Assembly: GCF_000009705.1 (NCBI RefSeq)
Contig: NC_003272.1
Coordinates: 3,540,001-3,572,000, forward strand
DNA length: 32,000 nucleotides
Direction: 5' to 3'
Source: Nostoc sp. PCC 7120 = FACHB-418
GTDB taxonomy: Bacteria > Cyanobacteriota > Cyanobacteriia > Cyanobacteriales > Nostocaceae
The notes under the pieces were generated by a model. The model did not search any database and was not told where the DNA came from. It saw only the letters and a program-made list of their open reading frames with translations. The position numbers were made by a program, and so were the translations under genes. Below are positions 7,707 through 14,611 of the stretch, piece after piece. How positions within the stretch are numbered: the stretch's first letter is position 1; each line of letters begins with the position of its first letter.

Positions 7707-8195
7707 TTAAGTTATGTTATCAATTATTTCTGATTGAAACTGATGATTGTCATCAAGACTCCAACTAAGGATGTCACTGGCTATACCTTTTTGGACGGAA
7801 ACTATTATATACGAGTATCCAGCCCAAGCATAGAGGCGATCGCATTCTGAAGGTATGGCAGGATGATCAGGGTGAGAATGATAGATACCAATGATATTGA
7901 GTGACTTATCCCGTGCTTCTCTTTGTACCTGTAACATAATTTGAGGAGCGATCGCATATCTTCTTTTTAAACTGGAAGTTGGGGAAGTGATATTTGTCTT
8001 ATTTATTTCTTGGGTAAAGTTATCTGCTTCTGTCTCCCAAGCGTTAGCGGTAGGTATGACTTCCACAACAGTTTTCACCCCATTGGCTATATATCCCATC
8101 ATCAACCCACAACACTCTTGAGGATAGACGCTTTCAGCATGGCTGAGGATGGTTTGCTGATGTTCTGGTAAGAGTTTGATAGTTGGTTGATTCAT
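7707..8195 (-). CDS. JAMM/MPN+ (Mov34) zinc metalloprotease, Mec/QbsD-like
   Basis: 162 aa from ATG 8195. Complete JAMM motif HSHPDHPAIPSECD (H-x-H-x7-S-x2-D) plus the upstream Glu (YPQECCG). The start lies 4 nt after the ATPase stop. The longer track ORF (to 8240) would overlap the ATPase. Confidence 0.85.
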   Translation of the reverse strand: MNQPTIKLLPEHQQTILSHAESVYPQECCGLMMGYIANGVKTVVEVIPTANAWETEADNFTQEINKTNITSPTSSLKRRYAIAPQIMLQVQREARDKSLNIIGIYHSHPDHPAIPSECDRLYAWAGYSYIIVSVQKGIASDILSWSLDDNHQFQSEIIDNIT

Positions 8196-8199
8196 CTTT

Positions 8200-10407
8200 C
8201 TACCTTGGCGGGTCTTTGTGCATGAGGGGACGCAGACCATTTAACCCGGCTGCAATGGCTGAACCATTATGAACTACAGTTGCCGCTAGGGGATGTATTC
8301 CTACTGTGGTCGCTAGTCCTAAAGCGGCTAGGTTGGGAACTACGGCTAAACTGATATTTTGTTTAATGACTGCTTGGGTTTGACGGGCGATCGCTATTGC
8401 TTCGAGAAAACTAGTTAAGTTATCATCCATCAGGACAACATCGGCTGTTTCCCTAGCTACTTCGGAACCACTACCAAAGGAAATGGCGACATCGGCATAA
8501 GCTAAGGCGATGGAATCATTTAAACCATCGCCGGTAAAGGCGACAGTTTTACCTGAATCATGGAATTTCTGGATTATTTCGGCTTTTTGTGCGGGGAATG
8601 CTTCTGCATGGACTTGGAATAGGGGAAGATGGAGTTCCGCCGCAACAGCCATAGCCCTTTGCTGATTATCCCCTGTCAGTAGATGTATTTCCATGCCGTA
8701 TTCGGTTTGTAGTTTCTCAATTACGGCTGGGCTTTCTGGGCGCAGGGGGTCTGTGTAATAGATTACGCCTTGAAATTCCTGATTTACTGCCACATACAGT
8801 AAAGAATCATGGGCGGAGATGCGACAATTGAGGTGCTTGGGACAATCTGCATGGTTGCAACTATGTGGTTCATAAAGACAATCGAGGGGAATGCCACACT
8901 GACGCAAAAAGCGATCGCTCCCTACTATAACTTGTTCACCGTCAATTTCGGCTCGTACACCTAAGCCAATTTCATACTCAAATTCTTGCCTGGGCAGAAT
9001 TTCTATACCTTGTTTCTCGGCATAACGTACCACGGCTTCGGCTACTGGGTGGGTTAGGCGTTGTTCGGCGGCGGTGGCTAGGGCTATAAGTCTGTGGGTG
9101 GTGATTCTGTCGGCGATGATTTCCACCTCCACAACTTCGATATCACCTTTGGTTAATGTGCCTGTTTTATCGAAAACTAATGTATCTACCTGTGCCAATT
9201 TTTCTAAGGCGCGACCACTACGGATGAGAACACCGTGTCTTGTGGCGTGGTGTAAGGCGGCGAGGAAAGTTGTAGGTAGGGAAACGCGGATACCTGTGAC
9301 AAAATCAAGGGTGAGGATAGATGCAGCCCTGGCAGGGTTGCGGGTGGCTGCAAATACCAGTCCGGCAAAAATTAGAGATGGTAATATGGCTTGGTCGGCA
9401 ATGTCCGCCGCGTAGTTACCCATGCGTGTATCGTGAACGGGTGCTTGTTGGACTAACTCGATACTTGCACCAGCACGGGTAGCTGTTCCTACTCGTTCGG
9501 CTTGGATGTAAATTTCTCCTTCCCTGAGTAAGGTGGACGCATAAACCGCTTCTCCCACCTGACGCAAAACTGGCATGGATTCACCAGTGAGTTTTTGTTG
9601 GTCAATTAAAGCTTTACCCCTTAATATTTGCCCATCTACGGGGATTTGTTCGCCGGGATAGACTATGACTGTATCTTGTGGTTGTACTTGTGTAGCGAGG
9701 AGGCGTTTTTTCTGCCCATCTGGTTGTGCAACCCAAGCGTAATGCCCCAAAGAAGCCAGTAAATCGGCAGCGTGATTTTCCGTAACTCTGGCGGTGCGAT
9801 CGCGTATTATATCGCCAATTTCATGCAGTGTCATCACCAAAGCTGGTGTTAACAGGTTTCCTTGGGCAGAAGTTAAGGCGATCGCGATAAAATCTAGACA
9901 ATCTATATTTAATTTTCGTTTTTGGGTAATGCTAGTATAAGCACGTTTCGCTACCGGTAAAGCTGCAAGTCCTACCGTCGCTGCAATTATTGCCCTGGGA
10001 ATGGGGAACCCCAAACCCAATACAGCTAACACGGTTGCCAAAACTGGCAATTTTACACCAGCATTATCTGATTTTGTTACTTGTTGACGGTTGACTGTTG
10101 ACGGTTGCCTAAATTTAGCCTGATGAAGTAAACCTACCAGATAAGCTTCTATGAGCCTATTGCTAGCAGATTGCTCATATCTAATAGCAACAGAAGCTGC
10201 CCAGGGATTAACCCGTACTTCCAATATGTGACTGTCAGATTCTAGTAATTCTTGCAGGCGTTGAGCATAATAGAGGTCATGGGCTACCAGGGGAACGCGA
10301 AATCTGATTCTGCCTGGAATTGTATGCACTACACTGTAGGCAACTCCAGCGATGATACTTGATTTCTGAGCCACTTGCTTACTAGTTTCCGGCTTGGTGG
10401 CAGTCAT
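8200..10407 (-). CDS. P1B-like (heavy-metal type) P-type ATPase with non-canonical metal-site motifs
   Basis: 735 aa. Motifs TGES (LTGESMPV), DKTGTLT, LTGDN and GDGLNDS are all present, with an 8-TM P1B-like layout. The N-terminal HMA-like fold lacks CxxC (TIPGRIRFRVP). The TM position of CPC/SPC/CPH reads LDFVTG...SLPTT by manual alignment. A Cys/His-rich insert HSCNHADCPKHLNC sits in the nucleotide-binding domain. Confidence 0.85.
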   Translation of the reverse strand: MTATKPETSKQVAQKSSIIAGVAYSVVHTIPGRIRFRVPLVAHDLYYAQRLQELLESDSHILEVRVNPWAASVAIRYEQSASNRLIEAYLVGLLHQAKFRQPSTVNRQQVTKSDNAGVKLPVLATVLAVLGLGFPIPRAIIAATVGLAALPVAKRAYTSITQKRKLNIDCLDFIAIALTSAQGNLLTPALVMTLHEIGDIIRDRTARVTENHAADLLASLGHYAWVAQPDGQKKRLLATQVQPQDTVIVYPGEQIPVDGQILRGKALIDQQKLTGESMPVLRQVGEAVYASTLLREGEIYIQAERVGTATRAGASIELVQQAPVHDTRMGNYAADIADQAILPSLIFAGLVFAATRNPARAASILTLDFVTGIRVSLPTTFLAALHHATRHGVLIRSGRALEKLAQVDTLVFDKTGTLTKGDIEVVEVEIIADRITTHRLIALATAAEQRLTHPVAEAVVRYAEKQGIEILPRQEFEYEIGLGVRAEIDGEQVIVGSDRFLRQCGIPLDCLYEPHSCNHADCPKHLNCRISAHDSLLYVAVNQEFQGVIYYTDPLRPESPAVIEKLQTEYGMEIHLLTGDNQQRAMAVAAELHLPLFQVHAEAFPAQKAEIIQKFHDSGKTVAFTGDGLNDSIALAYADVAISFGSGSEVARETADVVLMDDNLTSFLEAIAIARQTQAVIKQNISLAVVPNLAALGLATTVGIHPLAATVVHNGSAIAAGLNGLRPLMHKDPPR
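10083..10110. repeat. Heptamer tandem repeat (GTTGACG/GTTGACT) inside the ATPase coding sequence
   Basis: gttgacg gttgact gttgacg gttgcct encodes the linker ...RQPSTVNRQQV... A related TTGACGGTTGACAG occurs in the intergenic region at about 25571-25584. Confidence 0.7.
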
Positions 10408-10613
10408 GATTTCCCCCTCATGGTGGTGTAGCGACTTAATGAGTGGGATTCTATCGTTGCAATGAATTCAATATCCCACAAAACAGTTATGCCATAACAA
10501 GACTAATCAAGTGCTTGTGAGGACTTTAACTGTGAATATAAGTATATTGAATACCCTTGCTCAATTATTTCTAGCCAATGAAATTATTTTTAAAGATTAA
10601 GTTTAAATAAATT

Positions 10614-10747
10614 AGGACTTACGCACCCAGGTTGTCTGTTAAGACCGGGTGTAAGGGTTTAAGAGTAAGGGATGTAAGAGTGTCAAACATTTATACCCCC
10701 ATACCCTTGTTCAAACCCTTGATCTTTCGGTTTCATGCGTAAGTCTT
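10614..10747 (+). mobile_element. MITE-like element, full copy B
   Basis: TIR AGGACTTACGCA (10614-10625) / TGCGTAAGTCTT (10736-10747). Homologous to copy A. Ends 9 nt from the iota-CA stop codon. Confidence 0.8.
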
Positions 10748-10756
10748 ATGAATATC

Positions 10757-11374
10757 TTATTGTTCATAAGGTAGTGAGGAGTGATGCGTAATAATACGCA
10801 GCTTACCATGATCATCCTTCAAGAACTGCCAAGTCTTGTCTACCGTGGTGGCCTTACCTTGTTTGTCGGTGATGATTACGTTACCCATCGTAGTAGCTGT
10901 GTTACCAGTGATGAAAATCGCTGCATTCTTAATCTCTACTTTGCGCCAGCTACTCAAAGCAAAACCCTTGTCCTCAGGAAAAGCTTTATCGTCCCCCACA
11001 AAGTATGCCAAAGCCCCTGCACGGGTGGTGCGGAAGGTACGGGGAGATATGGCGAGTGTAGGCTTGAAAAGAACGGGGCCGAATTGATAACCGTAGGCAT
11101 CGTCAATCACCTTTTCAGCTAAAGCTTTAGCTGATGCTTTACCTTTCGCATCATAGGTTGTGGAAATAGCCACCAAAGCTTCCCCCCAAGCCTTTTGAGC
11201 AGCCAACACTTCGCTTTCAGTAATCGCCCTATTGACGATTGGCGTTTTCAGACTGGAAGTAGCCGTGATTTTGTCACCGGAGTCGGCAACGGATGTCTGG
11301 GCGACAATTGCAATACCTGATATAAGTGCGGTGGCTGCAAATAATACTAGAATCCTCGGTTTGAAGAGATTCAT
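10757..11374 (-). CDS. Iota-class carbonic anhydrase (COG4337; NTF2/CaMKII-AD-like fold), exported
   Basis: 205 aa. Sec-type signal peptide MNLFKPRILVLFAATALISGIAIVAQTSVA|DS. SnoaL/CaMKII-AD-like start of the mature domain (ITESEVLAAQKAWGEAL). C-terminal T-H-H-S-S at residues 196-200 is the HHSS signature of iota-CAs. The length and the His197/Ser199 positions match my memory of Anabaena All2909. Confidence 0.75.
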   Translation of the reverse strand: MNLFKPRILVLFAATALISGIAIVAQTSVADSGDKITATSSLKTPIVNRAITESEVLAAQKAWGEALVAISTTYDAKGKASAKALAEKVIDDAYGYQFGPVLFKPTLAISPRTFRTTRAGALAYFVGDDKAFPEDKGFALSSWRKVEIKNAAIFITGNTATTMGNVIITDKQGKATTVDKTWQFLKDDHGKLRIITHHSSLPYEQ

Positions 11375-11474
11375 TCAGTAAATGCTTTAGTTTGTATCTA
11401 TTTATATTCTCACAAGTTGAGGTTTTAAGTAGCCATCATAAAATGCCTACACAAGAAAACATGAAAAGGCCTTT

Positions 11475-11518
11475 CCCTTACCCCCAGTCTCAACAGACAA
11501 ACTGGGTGCGTAAGTCAT
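11475..11518 (-). mobile_element. Solo terminal fragment (copy D) of the MITE family, inverted orientation
   Basis: The reverse complement ATGACTTACGCACCCAGTTTGTCTGTTGAGACTGGGGGTAAGGG matches the first 44 nt of copy B with about 5 mismatches. It ends 1 nt from the beta-CA stop codon. Confidence 0.7.
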
Positions 11519-11519
11519 A

Positions 11520-12251
11520 TTAAGAAATTACTGAGACTGTTCCGGTATCAATATCGTAAGCAGCACCAATGATTTGGACAGTACCTTTATTAACTAACTG
11601 TGCCAAAATGGTTGATTTTTGTTGCAGCTTTTCAGCTTGGTACTGGATGTTAGCAATAACAGCTGCTTTATTAACATCCTTGGACTTTGACGGTAATTTT
11701 GACAAGGCTGGTCTAATACTCTCCGCCAAATAGCCGATTCTGCCAGGAAGGGGTTCATCTTTCACACTGGCTGCCACAGCACCGCATTTTGTATGCCCTA
11801 AAACGACAATCAACCGTGTATCGAGTACAGATGTAGCATATTCCAAACTAGCGATCGCCATATCACTGGCAATATTACCAGCTACTCGCACCACGAATAA
11901 ATCCCCCAGCCCTTGGTCAAAAACAATTTCCGCCGGGACTCTCGAATCTGCACAACCCAAAATAGCCGCAAAAGGATACTGTGCTTTGGCAATTGATTGC
12001 AGTTTTTGCCGTGATTGGTTAGGATACTTTGGTTTTCTTTTGACAAATCTTTGATTACCATCCAGTAAAAGCTTTAAAGCTTTTTGTGGATTTACTGGAT
12101 TAAGGTTAATTGATTTGACATCAGCAATAGCAGGTTCTTCTTTACCTACAGTCAAACTACCAGCACAAGCATTAGCAGCAACAACCAAGCTTCCCGCGCC
12201 GGCTAACCCTAAGAAATTACGACGGCCAATAAATCCATTGATTCGACTCAT
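11520..12251 (-). CDS. Beta-class carbonic anhydrase with a twin-arginine (Tat) signal peptide
   Basis: 243 aa from ATG 12251 (the track start at 12266 is TTG). Tat motif GRRNFLGLAGAG. Beta-CA zinc-ligand motifs CADSRVP and LGHTKCGAV. Confidence 0.9.
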   Translation of the reverse strand: MSRINGFIGRRNFLGLAGAGSLVVAANACAGSLTVGKEEPAIADVKSINLNPVNPQKALKLLLDGNQRFVKRKPKYPNQSRQKLQSIAKAQYPFAAILGCADSRVPAEIVFDQGLGDLFVVRVAGNIASDMAIASLEYATSVLDTRLIVVLGHTKCGAVAASVKDEPLPGRIGYLAESIRPALSKLPSKSKDVNKAAVIANIQYQAEKLQQKSTILAQLVNKGTVQIIGAAYDIDTGTVSVIS

Positions 12252-12495
12252 TTCTTTACCTAACAACAGTTTGACTGTTATCAGAAAGATACCAAACTTA
12301 ACAAAGTTTCAAGAGTACTTTTGCACACGCTTTAAGAGTTATTTAATTATTAGTTAGTAGTCAAACCCTAAAACACTGGCTTTAGGGTATAGGGGTGTAG
12401 GGGTGGATGCAACCATTATTCCGTTGCTGGTTTTATAGTCATTACTCATTAACCTTATGAAAAACCTACACTTGCCAGATTGTATACTCCCTAGT

Positions 12496-13653
12496 TCAAC
12501 TGTCCTTGACACCAAACCACTTATCATACAGTGATTGATAAGTGCCATTTTCTTTGAGTTTCAGTAAGGCATTATTAATAGGTTTACGGTAGGGGCTATT
12601 ATTAGGCAAAACAATACCGTAGTTTTCTTCGCGGAAGACACTGCCCACAACCTCTACTTTTCCCTGACCTTGATTAGCAGCATAGAACAGAAGTACAGGA
12701 GAGTCAAAAACAACAGCTTCAGCTTTTTTTGTTTCTAAAGCATCGTAAGCTTGCTCAATTTTGGGAACCTCTAAGACAGAAATTTTCTGTTGTTTTAAGT
12801 ATGTTGCAGCTGTGCTACCAGTTGTTGTTGCCACCACCCTGCCTGGTAGATCACTTACACTGTTGATATCTGCTTGTAACTGTTGCACAGTTAGCGAAGT
12901 GGTAGCAGCTGCTGTAAAGTAAGTGACAAATAGTACACCGATAAACATCCAAATAATAGCTAATATCCGACCGATGACTCCTTTGGGCATTTCATCAGCT
13001 TGAGTTGCTAAGGTAGCAGCAGCCCACCAACAGGCTTTGAAAATCCCAGGAAAGTAAGATTGGGAAATCATGCCTTCTTTTTGATGACGCTCAGATAACC
13101 AAATGACGTGTGCGGCTATGACAATGAGCAACAAAGCCAAGCCAAGCACTTGTAAGATCGTTGTCGATAAGAATAGTGACAAAATATTAGGTGTGCCACT
13201 ATTACTGAGTTTTGGATTGCGTACTAAAATCTGTAATCCCCCACTAAACATGGGTAAGGAAAAGTCAAATTGTTGCTGACGTTCAGCTGTAATTGAGATG
13301 GCTGCAATCCCTGCATTGGCTTTACCATTCTGCACAGATGAGAGCAAATCAGGAACGCTTGGATATTCCACGAATTTAGACTCTGCACCTATCTGGCTGG
13401 CAATACTGCGCCAAAGATCAATACTGAATCCTGATAGTTCACCATTGTCAGTAAAGACAAAGGGGGGAATAGCTCTAGTAGCTACGACAAAGGATTTTTG
13501 AGTTTCAGGTTCTTGGGACTGCACTGGATGAACAACTAGGAACAACACCAAAATTCCGCATACCATTCCTAGCCAGATAGGGAGTTTCAGGAAACGCCTT
13601 ATGTTCCTTGCCGCAACAAATTGAGAAAATCTTTGGGCGATCGCATTTATCAT
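12496..13653 (-). CDS. Prokaryotic ionotropic glutamate receptor homolog (GluR0-type: split periplasmic amino-acid-binding domain plus pore module)
   Basis: 385 aa. Order is signal/anchor helix, SBP_bac_3-like lobe S1 (..ISITAERQQQFDFS..), M1 helix, re-entrant loop (CWWAAATLATQADEMP), M3-like helix (GRILAIIWMFIGVLFVTYFTAAATTSLT) and lobe S2 (..AVVFDSPVLLFY..). There is no GYG anywhere in the protein. Confidence 0.8.
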   Translation of the reverse strand: MINAIAQRFSQFVAARNIRRFLKLPIWLGMVCGILVLFLVVHPVQSQEPETQKSFVVATRAIPPFVFTDNGELSGFSIDLWRSIASQIGAESKFVEYPSVPDLLSSVQNGKANAGIAAISITAERQQQFDFSLPMFSGGLQILVRNPKLSNSGTPNILSLFLSTTILQVLGLALLLIVIAAHVIWLSERHQKEGMISQSYFPGIFKACWWAAATLATQADEMPKGVIGRILAIIWMFIGVLFVTYFTAAATTSLTVQQLQADINSVSDLPGRVVATTTGSTAATYLKQQKISVLEVPKIEQAYDALETKKAEAVVFDSPVLLFYAANQGQGKVEVVGSVFREENYGIVLPNNSPYRKPINNALLKLKENGTYQSLYDKWFGVKDS

Positions 13654-13787
13654 AAATATTCTCTAAGATTTATATGCAATATCTATCATTCCCAACCCAT
13701 GACAAATATTACTAACCGCCTTAGATTTTCAATAATAAATTCAGGGGCTTTTACCCTGAGTGAATCAATTGTCTTGGTCAGACTTAC

Positions 13788-14531
13788 CTAATGCCCTTTC
13801 CCTGCGCCTAAGTATAATTCAGCTACTTTAGGATCAGTTAATAACTCTTGTCCGGGGCCGGATATGGCATCACGTCCAGATTCTAGTACATAACCACGGT
13901 CTGCCATTTCTAAAGCTTTACGGGCGTTTTGTTCAACTAAAATAATTGCTGTTCCCTCTTGATTGATTTGTTTAACTTGCTCAAATACTTGTGTTACTAG
14001 AATTGGGGATAAGGCAGCAGATGGTTCATCTAACACCAGCAAACTAGGTTCTAACATTAAAGCTTTGCCCATTGCCAGCATCTGACGTTCTCCGCCGGAG
14101 AGTGTGCCTGCGCGTTGACGACGGCGATCGCTTAATCTAGGAAACATAGCAAATATTTTGTCTTTCAATGGTTGCAGGGAATCATTGCGGATAAACGCCC
14201 CCATCTCTAAATTTTCTTCTACACTGAGGGATGGAAAGACATTGGCGATTTGCGGCACGTAACACATTCCCAGGCGCACAATTTGATTCGATTTAAGTCC
14301 AGCAATATTCTTGCCTTTAAAAGTAATTTTGCCTGTATGGGGTGTCAAAAGTCCAAAAATGGTTTTTGCTAAGGTAGATTTACCAGCGCCATTGGGGCCA
14401 ATTACTGTCACTAGTTCCCCTGATTCAACTCGAAAATTCACCCCCTGCAATATGTCTACATCTTTGATGTATCCTGCATGGACGTTTTCAACTTCTAGCA
14501 GAGGAGTAAAATTTTGTGCTGAACCTGACAT
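13788..14531 (-). CDS. natE: LivF-type ABC transporter ATP-binding subunit (branched-chain/neutral amino-acid system)
   Basis: 247 aa. Walker A GPNGAGKST, signature LSGGERQML, Walker B LLVLDEPS. LivF-like N-terminus LLEVENVHAGY. The symbol is assigned from synteny with my memory of PCC 7120 all2912. Confidence 0.85.
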   Translation of the reverse strand: MSGSAQNFTPLLEVENVHAGYIKDVDILQGVNFRVESGELVTVIGPNGAGKSTLAKTIFGLLTPHTGKITFKGKNIAGLKSNQIVRLGMCYVPQIANVFPSLSVEENLEMGAFIRNDSLQPLKDKIFAMFPRLSDRRRQRAGTLSGGERQMLAMGKALMLEPSLLVLDEPSAALSPILVTQVFEQVKQINQEGTAIILVEQNARKALEMADRGYVLESGRDAISGPGQELLTDPKVAELYLGAGKGH

Positions 14532-14611
14532 AAAATCCTTAATTCTGAAAATTATAAAACATAGGCGTTCAACCTATGTTTCAAAAAAACTCAATTATAA
14601 TTTATCCGAAA

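Noticed and set aside
7707-8240. The 177-aa version of the JAMM ORF starting at 8240
   Set aside because: It would overlap the ATPase 3' end by 41 nt, and its added residues (MVCVPSCTKTRQGRK) do not look native. The ATG at 8195, 4 nt after the ATPase stop, is the better start.
6463-8240. Search for a ThiS/MoaD/CysO-like sulfur-carrier gene next to JAMM and MoeZ
   Set aside because: The spacers (7636-7706 and 6327-6462) are too short, and I saw no small ORF ending in Gly-Gly. I therefore do not annotate a carrier. Its absence is reported as part of the finding.
12354-12548. 64-aa minus-strand ORF overlapping the iGluR 3' end
   Set aside because: It overlaps the iGluR-like CDS in another frame and runs into a MITE-related fragment. 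It shows no protein-like features.
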